Source: Perna viridis (Eukaryota). Taken from it: a stretch of 64,000 nucleotides of DNA. Below are positions 37,523 through 51,618 of this stretch, one piece after another. Every line of letters starts with the position of its first letter. The first letter of the stretch is position 1. Both the position numbers and the translations under genes were made by a program. The notes under the pieces were generated by a model that was given only the letters and a program-made list of their open reading frames with translations, made no database searches and had not been told where the DNA came from. Location: NCBI GenBank assembly GCA_037379345.1, contig CM074520.1, forward strand, positions 868,001 to 932,000. Reading direction: 5' to 3'.

Positions 37523-37605
37523 GGGACAGTGATATTGCCCGAAACATTAATAATACCGCAAGCCGCAGGCATTACAAATTAATGTTTCAGGCAATATCGC
37601 GTCCC
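37523..37605. repeat. Long inverted repeat, probably the palindromic core of a non-autonomous DNA element
   Basis: GGGACAGTGATATTGCCCGAAACATTAAT ... ATTAATGTTTCAGGCAATATCGCGTCCC. Confidence 0.8.
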
Positions 37606-39776
37606 AAGGGCAGTCAACAATTATAGATAATGCCCTCAACATAAGCAAGTATTGTGTGCAGGCGAACTATCATGCAAGGAATTTGAAACATTTGATCTGC
37701 AATATTTATTCAAACATATTTTTGACCGTATTGAAGCCATTTGCTTAGATGGTTATGTAATGCTATCTCTTCATTATTCCAATATTCCACTAAATATAAA
37801 CATGTATAAATATGTGTGTTGTTTTCAAAGTTAAAATAACAACTATAAATCTTCGTGGAATTAGAAGCATAGATTACATTTTGCCAACTCGAACAACAGC
37901 ATTGCTTAGTAAATATATAAATACAAGTTCTATAGATAAACCTAAGAAATCAAATTGACAAAGAAATGGTTACATCCATTGTAGTAATTAGATGTTTTGT
38001 TTGCGTTTTTCAAAATTGCTTTGAACTCCCAGAAACATATAAAACTTAGATAAATCTCCGTATCATTAGAAACCTTTTTACTGAAGTCTTCCTTGGGTTA
38101 TTTGGAAATGACGACCTATTCTCAGTTTTTATTTAAATACACTTATAAAGTGTTAAAATTAAACAATAAATAATATCATCATTCTGTTCAGATTTAAAAG
38201 CCAGAAGTGTATTGAAAGCAATTTTTTTAAAAGAAAATCAGACGATGCGAAGCCAACAAGTTTATTTGGTCTAATATTTCTGTGATTCCTTTTAAGAAAA
38301 AAAAACAGCCCAATTTATTGTACTTGGTTGTTTATTTGGTTTTGTCCGTTTACTTGGTCTAGACCGGATCATGAATACCTCACTCTTCGTTCTAATCATC
38401 ACTATCTATGTGCCAAATATGTTCTCCCTGCTTTTACTTTCGTAAATGCAAATGAACAAATTTAAACTTAGCAGGTCTTATAATGCTTAATCCCTCTATC
38501 AACACTGAGGCATAAACCATCTACTCAAACATAGTTGCCATGCTCGTAACTCTTCCGTGTTCTATTTACCCATAATATATAAACAATGTTAATTATTTTA
38601 CTGTTTACTACATCAATAAATTTCTTCAAAAAGCCTGTCAACCGCAAATCTGAGAAGTCGAACATCGATATTCTAATGGGTCTGCCAATTTCATAGGTTC
38701 AACGCCCGATGTTTCAAGTGTTTCTTCTTCCCGTATTTTTATTACGTAACTGCATTGTATCAATATTAATAATTTTGTAGTCCGCTACTTCCATGCATTA
38801 GCACACTAAGTGGTAGAACTGGAAAGAGGCTGATATGAATGCCTATTGGCAAGTGTGGCAAGTGATTTCTTTGTAATCTGTAGAAAGTGTAGGCAAGGCT
38901 GTTCTGATTTTTTATAATGCTGCAACAACAACAACAACAAAAATGCTGTCGTTAAATGGTTCCATGTTGTGTCGTATTAAGCATCGTCCGTAGATATTTC
39001 CTGTCTGGACTTGAATATTTTGGATTTTTTATATCATGCTACGTGTCATGCCATAAAAGGAAGGCTTGTGTTGACTTCGGGGGTTGTGAATTCAGGGGCA
39101 AGAATTCAGAATTTTCATGATGTCCGGACAATAACTTGAGTAAATGCTCTCTTACAAATTTTACTACAAGGTGTCATATCTTGAAAGAAAGGCTTAGATT
39201 GATTTGTAGGTTGTGACTTGAGAAACATTTACTAATTAGATGTAATACAGGGGACCAGGAACAAACATTTTTCTTATGTTAGTAGAAAATAACTTCGGTA
39301 TAGGAGAATGTTAAATTGCACATCGAGGTACCATCCCCCAAAAGGATGACTGGTATTGATTTTTGGGGTTGTAGGTTGGTCGTTTAGGAATGAAGGTCCC
39401 AGTGGATAGAGACAGCCGCCATAAGTTCAATTGAATAGATTCTCTATTCATAAAACATCACATACATTTTACCCAACAGACAGTAACAATGTATGCAGTA
39501 AAAATTCTGCCAATAACTTAAGTCGCACACCCATACGTTAGAACTAGGTAATCTCAAAAAGGTCAATTTACATAATTTTTCATTGATTCTCATTGTTTAA
39601 GCAGAATCTTGTATGTATCAAAACATTAACATTGATAAAAACAGGGGAACAAGTGTATACTAGAACGTACTTCTACGTAAACACCAACGGAACACAAATA
39701 TCTGTGAAATATGCGACGTCGTATGTATCAAGTTGGTTCTCGAAGAGGCCGTTTAGAATATGCAAACTTATTTTAC

Positions 39777-40012
39777 CTGGCGCGTAGCTGAGGCCAAATT
39801 GAAGTGTAGGCAAAATTACGGCAGGGGGTCTGGGCAGGTCCAGGGCGGAGCCCTGGTAGGGGGTCCAGGGGGAGAAGCCCCCCACCCGAAGCTCCGCGGA
39901 GATAACGTTTTAGAGCACCATTTATGCCTCTCCTGGATGTATTTTATCTTAAAAAAATGGCAAAATTAAGTGCAGGCAAAAGCTTTTTTGCCTAACGGCA
40001 GCTACGCGCCTG
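39777..40012. mobile_element. 236-bp MITE with 14-bp TIRs and 5-bp TSD (hAT5-like)
   Basis: CTGGCGCGTAGCTG / CAGCTACGCGCCTG TIRs (one mismatch), TTTAC on both sides, GC-rich internal hairpins (CCAGGGCGGAGCCCTGG and GGGGGAGAAGCCCCCC). Confidence 0.85.
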
Positions 40013-40634
40013 TTTACATTTACATGTACTAGTGAAACAGTATATAGAAATTACAGAAACATTGGTGTAGACTGGAATCTTTTTTAACAATATAAAACAT
40101 TTTTATTACAACTAAAAGACTTAAAACAAGCAGGCCTTCCCAATTATGCCAACACATTGTCTGGACCAACTCTAGGTAATACAAGGAATGAGTTCATCAA
40201 ATATTGGAATTCATAAGACGTACTTTGATAATTTGTTATGACGTGTGGATTTTCTGTAATTTAGTAAATGTTCCTCCTACCGCTCTATACCATCACTCAA
40301 GGTCACAAACTCTGCATGCAGCTAACATACCGTACATTCTGTTTGTTAGTGTCTAACAAACATGAACTGGTAGGCAATGACATGCACTCTAGCCCACGTT
40401 TCCTGAACAGTCAACGACTCGCGTTGTAAGTAGGTATATCTAGCCAACGTTTCCTGAACAGGCATTGACTAGAAGGTAGAAAAATATTGTATATTTAATC
40501 CATGCTTCTAAGACATGAATGACTTGCACTGTAGATTGATACTAATATCCTACATTATACTACTTGTGTATAACAGGTGTATTTTCTTGCTATTACTAAT
40601 ATCTCCTCGGTGATGTCCTGGAAAGTAAAGCAAA

Positions 40635-41150
40635 TATCATGTATCAAGGGAAAGGGAGCGGTGGTATAACATTCAGAGAGGAACTGTATCATGTATCAAG
40701 GGAAAGGGAGAGGTGGTATAACATTCAGAGAGGAACTGAATCAAGTATCAAGGGAAAGGGAGAGGTGGTATAACATTCAGAGAGGAACTGTATCAAGTAT
40801 CAAGGGAAAGGGAGAGGTGGTATAACCTTCAGAGAGGAACTGTATTAAGTATTAAGGGAAAGGGACGGGTGGTATAACATTCAAAGAGGAACTGAATCAA
40901 GTATCAAGGAAAAGGGAGAGATGGTATAACATTCAGAGAGGAACTGTATCAAGTATCAAGGGAAAGGGAGAGGTGGTAAAAACATTCAGAGAGGAACTGT
41001 ATCATGTATCAAGGGAAAGGGAGCGGTGGTATAACATTCAGAGAGGAACTGTATCAAGAATCAAGGGAAAGGGAGAGGTGGTAAAAACATTCAGAGAGGG
41101 ACTGTATCAAGTATCAAGGGAGAGGTGGTATAACATTCAGAGAGGAACTG
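40635..41150. repeat. 52-bp purine-rich minisatellite, about 10 copies
   Basis: TATCAAGTATCAAGGGAAAGGGAGAGGTGGTATAACATTCAGAGAGGAACTG units. Confidence 0.96.
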
Positions 41151-44100
41151 TTTTGATTAAATCTGTTGTTGTTTAGAGTTCCCGAATCGTAGTTAATGAA
41201 CAATGACAACCAGCATGGCTATTGCTTAACAAACAGTAGGGGATGTATTTGTAAGTGATAGAGAACTGACATCCAATATTGTTCTTGATGCCAATATGAA
41301 TTAGATTTGTGGAGTAAAGTATTTTCCTTAGCTAGCTTTCAGTAACAGCGATAGTTCTTTAAGTGGATATCTCATTTGTTTATATGGTTTATGTTGAGGT
41401 ATTCCATGGAGAGAATTTGACGTTTTATTGAATTAATTTTATGGTGTGTTTGTTGCTTCATTTTTGACCTTTCCTAAAAGGGGGATTGTTAAGGCCTTAT
41501 AAAACTAGTTAAAACTAACAGCAGATTTCATGTGCCTGTTCACGGTTAGAAAAATATTGGTCATTGATGTGTCCTTGTGTCGTTATATTACTTTTTAATT
41601 TGATTTTGAAGAATTACCATCGTTCAGTTACCGTGGATTTTATTACTTTGTAGCTGTGACCTTCCAGAGATTACTTAAATGTATGTTTACACTTATTGAA
41701 GACCTTTTGTTATTCTCTGAAAGTATTTGCTATATACGCTGGTGCATTTTTTGCGTTTCACCATGTCCGTTCTTTTTCTATTAGTTCGTTGGAACAATTT
41801 GGCGTACAAGATGTGCACGCATAGAATCATTCACCGTTTTTAGGTATATGGCACTGCAATAAGTTCAATGTCTTCTATTACAAATTTTGACCTACATTTT
41901 TTATTGTTTTGTTTTGTACTGTTCTGCATCATCGTAGAACTCACGGAAGCAGGAATATTGGGCTATAGTTTCTTAACTGTGAATAACACTTTACGATGAG
42001 AAAACATTAAAAACATTGATTTTTAAATATATTCAGAGAATGACGACCAGTGTCTAAGCACCTATCCAACGATGGGTAAACAAACATGTTTATTTTGAAA
42101 GATTTCTCTGTCCAGCCAAAAAGGACACTTTTTAATCTAGAGTTATCCCCCTTGATATTTGAGTATGCCGTGGTCGGAATGCTTTATTTTCGAGCTTAAT
42201 AAGCCTAGGTGGTATACGGCTATACCATATATCAGTGAAAGCTAAGTTAATGTAGTTTTTGAATATCATACTTGTCTGTTTGAGAACGATGAAGTTTTAT
42301 TGTATTTTGCATGAATTCGAGTAGTGGCCCCAATACACCTGCATAGGTATTCGTGTGAAGAATTAAGTTTATTTTTTTATCACTCAACAAAAAAAGTACA
42401 TTAAATTGTTCTTAGCCGCCCGCTGCAATACAAATAATTATTTTGATACATCATGATTTCACTAATTCAAAAATGGTGGAAAGCTTGCTGACTTTTGGGG
42501 AAGGAGCCAAATACAGCCAGTCTTTCCTACACTAGTGGAACACAGAGATGGTGATAAAATTTGGTCAGTTATTGTTGTCGGTGACTTTTCTCTGCTGCAG
42601 TGCAGTATAAACGTGTGACAATTCCATACTTATTTGTGAACTTGTTGACTGAATACATTTCGGTTATTATACGACTCGGAGTATATGTTAGTTGTCATTT
42701 CTCTCGCGATAGCGATTTATGATCTTGTTGTATAGTATCAGCTATTTTAAAAAAAGCTCGTAACCAAATCAACATGTAATTTACAATGTCCTCTACGTAC
42801 GCTAAATCCTATATTGTAGTGTCCCTGTGTCCCTAAAGTTTACTAGAAAGAGAAACTTGTTTATTTCCTAAACAGCAATTTGTTTATTTATGATCAACAT
42901 GTGTGACCTTGAGTTCAAAAAATAAACATGACCATCCTCCAAAAACCGAAAAAAAAAATCAAAACTCAATTACTGATATCATTTATCACATCTACGTTGT
43001 ATTTTTCACACAAGAGTGGACAGGTTAAGTTAAGGTTATCACCCCCGTAAGAGGAGATACACATCTGAATGGTCGTCTATTTTTTTTTTTATGTCGGGGG
43101 ATTGTTAACCCTCGGGCACTTCTGGTGTTAATAGGTGCATAAATATGTTGTTACATATACACTTATCATCAAAATTAACAATGTCGACCACATGCCTTCG
43201 CCCTCCTGCCATACTGGACATATCTAATGATTCAAATATTTAGTGTATTCGTAAGATTCGGGAGTACACGTAATGTTTAATGGTGGAAGGAAGGCAGAGA
43301 ATGGGGAAATCCGAATCTTGATGTACATAACATCGTACATACCAATCCAGTGTAAAAATACCAGAAACTCAAGTAATAGATCAAAGAGGAAAGACTAGAT
43401 CAATGTATCACATTCTCTATGTTTGTTCCTGCTTTCCGATTAAATGTTGTGTTAACATTTTTTTTACATTTCACTCTCCATGGCAATGCGCCAAAAAGTA
43501 ATTTTAGTGTATTGCCATTGATAGTGAAAATAAAAAAAATCGTAATTTTTAGTGCATTGCCATGGATAGTGAAATGTGAAAAACATTTTAAACGAGGTTT
43601 TGGTTTATTTTAATTAATCTAACTCGTGAACTCAAGCCCTTGTGGTATATATAACACGATAAGAATATACCATTCAGGCATTCACACTACACATTGACTT
43701 ACAGATGGGAAACGCTCTCGGATCCACGTGGGGTCTAGGAGTAGGCCAATGCGACAAAAAAGCTGCCAAGCCATTAGTAGGACATACTCTGACTGAGTTA
43801 TTCCGAAGGTTGGGCTCCGCTGCATCCAACTACAAACAGATCTACTAACTGTATATCTTTTATTCTCTAAACACCAACATCTTTGATAGGGAGATACACA
43901 TAAATAACAAGGAGATACACATAAATAACAAACAAGGAGAATGATTATAAAACACATATACAACAAGTAAAGCATATCTAGTTATTATTATACTAAAAGA
44001 ATAGCCAGGACCGTAAAAACCCAATAATCCGGTTGAAAAGTGGGAGTAGGACCCAGTTGTGCAGGAACTGTGTGATCACATCGTCAGACTAGTGCTTAAA

Positions 44101-47100
44101 CACTGACAAAGTATTGAAAGGATTGAGCTGTACTTTTTACAGAGAGAAATATTGTAAATTGCTATAAAATAAGAAAAATCTCCCTGGTAATACAAAAAAA
44201 GAAATTAAATGCACTTTAATTTAATCAACGACAACTCAGCTACAGTGATACACGATATACAATACATGACGTATATATAGAAACATGGAATAATTAAACA
44301 TCAAAAAGATGAATTCTTGTGGATACAAATTTGAGACTATACAAGAAAAATTTGATTAATTGTGATAATATTTGATCTACATGTAACCCTAATTATTGTG
44401 TTACGTATGTGTTTAACAAGACAGGCGACAAAATCCATGATAGATATCTTTTAATAGATTTAGTAGACCTGTTTAGGTAATATTACTCAATTTTATCAAA
44501 ATTTCAATAATGTACAAATCGTCGCCTTGTACCTTATGTGGCACACCGAGACATATTTTGACGCAAAAAATTACATAGTAATTACGGGTAATTAATGTTC
44601 GAAAGAAAGAGTAAGGCCAATAATATCTTTAAATATTTTGATAATGGAGAAGTGACGACCCAACACAAATATGTCAAATATTCCAGAAGAATTTAAGAGT
44701 TATCTAAGTCAACAATTTCTGGACAGAAATCGGCATGTTCAAGTTTTATGCATTTTTTCAGCAATAACCGGAATAATTATTTTTGAAAATCTACCTTGTT
44801 ACATTGTAAGTAATGGTTTCTCCAAAATTGGAACTATTTTTTTTTCAAACGGCCCACGCCCCTTCGGTAATAAAATGGTCAGTGTCTTACAACAGTATCG
44901 AAAAAAAAACCATGAAAAAAGGTCACAAATCTAAACCAAAGTATGTGTGATTGAGCGTCATTTAAATATTCCAGAAAATTATTGATGATATTTGCGGGTA
45001 TAGATGTATTAAATACAATTTATCATATACGTTTTCTTCTCCGGCAAGAAATTCTTCACCCGAGATGATAAAATTTAGATTTCCAACAAAGAATCTTATC
45101 GGAACATGTTAAATTTTAACTATAGATTGAAAAGCAATAGTTTAATCAAGACATATACGCCATGTAAGCTATATGATAATCGTATTTTTTCATGAACAGC
45201 GGCAAACCTCTCGCGTAATTTTGAATGTGGTTGAAGAGTCGCATGCATATTCAATCGTAGGCTTAGCAATTTTCTTAGTTGTTTTTTTGTGGAGGGAAAG
45301 TGTGGTTTGTCGGCTTCTGCATCAGTATTGTCTTTGAACTAAATTTTTAATTATTTGCTTCCTTTCCACTGATTTTGCATTTGACTATTTTTTACAGATA
45401 AGTTCTAATCGGATTTTAATTGCTGTCCCACATCATAAGCTCTGTTCCGTCCATAATTTGTCTGTGAGTGGCATTCCTTATTAACCCTTCCCCTATATCC
45501 TTATTATAGTCATTTAATTTTATTTCTTCATTCAACCTGTCCGTATTTGATCAAGTCATTACCTTCGTTATGATTTTAACCATATCCATAATCGGTTAAA
45601 CATAATTTCATTTGTAATCTCTAAAATCAACATGAGCTACGTGAACGCCTGCAAATTATAGTTCTATTGTCAAAATAAAGAAATCAGATTGTCAGTTTGG
45701 TCACACGCAGAGAGAAAGACCCTCTGATTATGTGTAAATAATAGAAACTACCTGTCGTATTAGAAACGCATTCTCTTCTCGAATTATTTTAGGGTCCTTG
45801 AAAATGATAGCGGTCATTCCAGTCCAAAGGGGCGTTCCTTCCCAGATTTACGTGGAATAGAAACCCATCATTATCGAGACATTTATAACAAATACAGGCT
45901 ATACTCTGAATTTCATTGACCCTCGATATTATTCGAGGTCGTTGTTCCGAGGGATTCAGCATGAAAATAGAAATACGTGCAACAAAATATTTAGTTTTTA
46001 AGTCCTTTTCCTGAATTTTGATCATAATATAGCAATGTTCATTTAGCTTTCCAATAGGAAACCTCGAGTTTTGCTATATTTGAGCACAAGATTGGGTCGT
46101 GATTTGGGCGATAGTCTGAAAAATTCGAAAATTAATATAAGCTTATGGAACATCAGTATACACATACCACCATCATCTACTTTGGGCTGAAAATATTTCA
46201 TCATGACTGCCATGAAAACCAGTATGTTTAGAATATATTTACATATCAAAGTCATGAAGTTTCCCCTTTTTGTTGTCCATGCACTGATGTTCACAGTATT
46301 CATCAGCATGAGTCAGCTGTATGAAAATAAGAAACAATAGATCGAGTACTAGTCGATATGTCAAAAACATAATGTAATGATAATTACTGACCTTCTTCAC
46401 ACTGAAGGTCTTTGCTTATTTTCATCTTTTAGCATTTTTATAGAATCTGATTACATGTATGTCCTCTTGCGTCGTCCCTTGATGTCCTCCGCTTCAAAGC
46501 CTTTTATTTTCGTTTTAAATACATATTATTTTTTAAAATCTGCAATGTTTTAGCTACAGTAAGCTAAGAGGTTTGTATTTACAGTTTATTTCAATCTATA
46601 TAAAGTTCTATCTACCATCTATTCGATAAAAAGTTGAGCATCATAATATTTGTATAAACATATTTATCAGATTCATTCGAGGTCTATATATGATAACTTA
46701 TTTATGCGATAATCTTATAATTTATCTTTTTATCCTTTAAACATCAAAAGACTTATCGTAATTGAGTGATAATGACACTTTCCAATAAATATAAATAATT
46801 AATGTCAACTAACTATTTCATATTACTCTTTTCTGATTTCCCACAAATATCGTAACGTCGGATTATCTCATCGGAATGCTTGGCCCATAAATGGATTTAA
46901 TTAGACAGAAAGAGACAATCAAGTTTAAACATATAATCTAACTTTTTTTATTGATATCCATTTTCTGTCAATTGAATCGACTTTTCATAAAAAGCGTCAA
47001 ACCGAGGACATTTTTTTTCGCTTCCCGTAGGGAAACACATAGTACTTATATAGTTTCCATTACATCTACTTATGTAGGTCACGGTTGAGTGACATTTTTC

Positions 47101-47480
47101 CTAAAGCCTCGTTTCGCTTTCTGATCATTAAGCTCCGCCTACATCAAATATTTCAATATTCAAGTAATATTCTTATTCGTAGTTGGTAAAAGTGGATTTT
47201 ACGTTTAGGTCGGATATTTATATTAAAATCAATGTGAGGATATTTATGAATAAACAACATAGTATTAACGAGTTGTTCTATAAATTGTGATAAAAAAATT
47301 CTCTGACGGAGGATTGTTTATCATTGTGGATTTTTCTGTTTAAAATTAAATTCATAACGGCGTGAAATATATGTACACCCCATCATCTGGAAGAATTAAA
47401 AATAATATCGTATTCTATATTATGTGAGCATCAGATTTAAATAGGCCACTGTGAAGTGTGGATCTTTTCCGTGTTAGAAG

Positions 47481-48299
47481 ATGACAGTACACGGACATTC
47501 GGAAAAACCCGAATCTGAGAAAAATGGATATGTTTCTAAAATGGTGTACCCAGATTGTGATGCCATGAATCGATCGTGGAACGGATATATGTTTCGTGTG
47601 TCGCCCTTAGCCTTGCCGAATGGGAACTTAACTTCTCCTAGAAATGGATATGGACCTCCAAAATTTAACAATGAAACTCGGACTACATTTTCACTGAGTT
47701 ATGATGGAGATGACTCCTCACAGTTTGATAGTTTAGATTCTGAGCCGGAGTATGTTACTCTGGACAATAATTACCTCTTAAGACAATTCTCGCCTCCTTC
47801 AAGACACATGTCAATTTTGGATTTTAAAAGAAACGAACTGAACAATGCACAAACGAACACTTTGAACCGGCAATCTCATCATTCGCAGTCACTTATAAAT
47901 GTAAAATCGTCACTGAAAGACAAGAAATGGCAGAAAAACAGCTTAAAAAAGTTAGCAACAAACATTGGTGCTGTTTTGAGTTTGAGTCCGAGAGGCGAGC
48001 CTCTAAAACGGTTTCCAGAAGAGTATGCCCCGGTGAAGAGAGAGCGGAGCAAATCTGTAGGGGATATAATAGAGGATGCTAAATCAAAGCGTGAGCAGAG
48101 TGAGGTAGATTTGTGTTTGAGTGACGATGATGATAAAGATGACTTTGGATTTTTAGGCTATCCAAAATGTTCTTCTTCTCTTTCTCTAGCGATGAACAAA
48201 GCCAAGTCGCCATCATCCGCCCACAAGATCCTTCCTAAAAGATTCCGCAGTAAAACACGACCAATCCCTGCCGTCAACACGACGTTATGGAGTCCGGAG
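47481..48299 (+). CDS. ARHGAP6: ARHGAP6-like Rho GTPase-activating protein, first coding exon (273 aa, low-complexity N-terminus ending LWSPE)
   Basis: Longest ORF in the window. The GAG|GTGAGT donor is phase 0 and joins in frame to the exon at 62352. Confidence 0.85.
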
Positions 48300-51200
48300 G
48301 TGAGTCCTTAATGTAGATAGTTTAGTGTATCAAAATATGTTTATATTCACTGAATGTTTGTGAAAATTCGGATAAAATCAAAAATATCTCCAAGCTATGA
48401 TTTTCCCGCCAAATACACATGTCGACCAATTTTCTTTGTAATGATGGCTTGTTCCAATGTTACAAATTACTGCTGAATCCGTGGTAAACAAATCAATGTT
48501 TAAAATAAATAAATCCTTAAACAGTCAAATGAAGAAGCAATAATATTGTTTTTGAAAAAAAATGACATGTTAAATTCAAGGAAAGGGGGGTGCCATTCAG
48601 CTTTTCAGGTCAGTGTTTTACCAATATTGAATCATGCACTTACTTGGTGGTATCATAATTTTAGTCAAACAATTGGCTTTTTGGTTCATGCAAAGTAAAA
48701 CATGCACTATATTCATTTCATGGCAATATTTCAAATTTCCTTTAAGTACGATGGTACTTTAAGTATAATCGTGTATTCGTGTACCCCTCCCTAACATTAA
48801 TTGCCATTAACTTCCCCAGATTTAGTCGTCGCTTGCACATTACAAGTTGTACTGGGGATCCTATTTTGTTATCATGTGTAAAAACATGGGTTATACATTA
48901 GTAACAATGCCATAGAATCTACCCTTTTGTAAATTACAAAGAGATATTTAATTCATCGGATTGCAGTACACAAAATAACATCCCTATTTACAAACAAAGG
49001 GAAATGCCATCTGCAAGAATTTATTATTTATGATCATGATTTAAAGAACTTGGATGAGAAAATATGAAGGACCGATTATATTATATAAAAGAGCCTATTC
49101 AAACAATGACACAGGACTGAAGAGTACTAGTGGCGACTTCAAAAGAATGCCGAACAATACTCAACATCTTTGTTCTGAAATATGAATACCTTTAATACAA
49201 AATTATGAATTATCTAAATTTGCAGTAATTGTTAGGTGCGCTGAAATTACTAACAGAATTGTGCGTTATCTCGATAAGATCGTTTCAGTGTCGAAATACG
49301 TCTTTAATCGGGACACGAAATACCCAAAATATCCTACAGAGAATTCCGTCTTTGATTTGATTATTATAATTTCATCTGTCAAGTTTTTGTCTCGAAATAA
49401 TTCTTATTCGTTTATTTACTGTCACAAACATTATCAACCTGTTCAAACAAAGGTTTATCATAAGTGATGACCTTATCACTATTTCTTGTTTATATTCTTA
49501 TCCAAATTTGTCGAAATAGATAACAAACAAGGGTATATCTTTTTAAATCGTATTTGAATGTTTTTACATGTAAATGACATGCCTCGGAATGTCCAAAGAT
49601 GACTCAAATGGTCATTGACATGGAAAACAACAAAATTGACGAGCTGTCACTAAGCGAAAGAGATTTTCACGATGACTTTATTATCTGTCAGAATGCTTAT
49701 ATAACGTCCATATCTCTTTGCACTGATGGCGGGTTAATTTGGGGGTTCCCCGTCTGTATTGTTGTAATGGCATTAAAAAAGCTAAAATTCATAATTTTTC
49801 ATATTGAATCTCCTTTCCTGCGACTTTCTCCTTTTAAACTACGGTGAGAGTAAATGTTTTAAGTTGATTTCATAGCCACGTCAATTTGTTGCACTCACGG
49901 TGATTTTAATGTTGATGTCTCGATTGCATCAAAATCAGTTTTTATGGACCTTCAAAGCGCCGGTCTTAGAACGGTTTATAATACAAATCGATCGGGTAGA
50001 GACTGATGACGGGATAAGGACTTACTAATTGTTTTTTATTAATAATTTATTATCAGAATCAAACATGTGATAACTATTACACAGATTCTAGCAATGATAG
50101 CTTATTTTCTGGAATTTTAAGAGAAGAACAGCAAATATTGTTTTGTTTTTCAAATGAAATTAAGTTTTGATCCTGGACCTTTGTTGCTCTTTAAAGAACC
50201 ATGGAAGCAAATTAGGGGTCTTGCGTGGTACAGTTAAATACGGTATTAAAGGCCAATAATTATAAATGGATTTCGTTTCCGAAGAAAAGGTCCGAATACA
50301 TAGAAATAAGTTATGTGTATTGCCGTGATAAATTAAGTGACCTAGTCCCAATGTCGTGTGTCTGTTCATCTAGCCCATTATTTTGACAGCAATGAATTAT
50401 GTTGTTTGATATAACATGTATCATATCCTATTATAATTTCTTAACTATGGTCGGCTAATGTATGCATATTCATGGCGACAAAAATGTAATTTCAGTAACA
50501 TGTACTTATATTATACAAAATATATTGGTGCGAAACCCGTGCATTCTACACTTACAGAAAAATAACATTTTCAACTTCGAGGCTTCTTACTTTAAAAGTG
50601 GACCTTGGGGCGATTTTGGCCTGCCTATCGCTGTTTACCATACTTACATGCATTAAACCCCGGATTTTCATTCTGTGGAGCCCTTTCTGCTCTGACCGAT
50701 CACTGAATTGTAACGCAAAGTATCGTGTTATGACGTTAATTTGTGAAAGTTTCTGTCCCAATTTTTATCGTTTGTCAAAAGTTATTTATTAGCTTTTTAT
50801 TTTTCTGAATATCGAATTTAAAAAAAACAGTAACAATGAAAGTTATTCTGTGCAATTCAAGGTCACTGTCTTTTCAAGACCTGTTACCACTAAGATAAAT
50901 ATAGTTTTCCCCATAAACTTTCACCTCCATATTGACAAAGATATCATTTCACAAAAATTAACACATTATTCACCAGATTAAATCATTTAATCGATTTATA
51001 CTATAAATTTACACCGGAAATTTCCGTCAAATAATCCTAGATTTCCGATATTTATATTTAGAGAACCATCGAAATCAATGCAAACACTATTCAATATTTT
51101 ACAATCATGTCAAGTCTATTTCTCTATTTGGGGTCGTGACTACGTTATGATAAAGAGGGCCTCAATGAACGAAGGGGCATATTGATATTATCCCTCATTT

Positions 51201-51618
51201 TATTAAAGTATTAAAAGTAGCACGATAATTACACAACATGATAAAACCATTGAGTTTTTTTTTGTTTGTTCTTTTGATCTGTATCTCTATTCACCAATAA
51301 AACAGTACATGTGCCCCGTATAAATACCGTTCGTTTAAAGGACCACGTACCTGCTAAGCAGATCACAAAGATTAGAGCAGAGCATTTACTCTAAATCACC
51401 ACTACTTAAAACTCGTACTTTGACCAAAATTTCCTTAAATTCAGGCCCCTAACCGAGACCAAAACAATGTTAATCTTCCAAAGCAACAATAGCCTAATTT
51501 CAGTACTGTAACAATCTAAAGTTTCCCTCACCATAATGGTAAATGTATTGGAACAAGGGTTTGACTTCATTTAAAATCGACTTATCTTTTACAGAAGTGA
51601 ACGGAAGACCCACTAGCT

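Noticed and set aside
49599-49847. 82-aa ORF as an alternative ARHGAP6 first exon
   Set aside because: Its only good donor (CG|GTGAGA) is phase 2, incompatible with the phase-0 exon at 62352.
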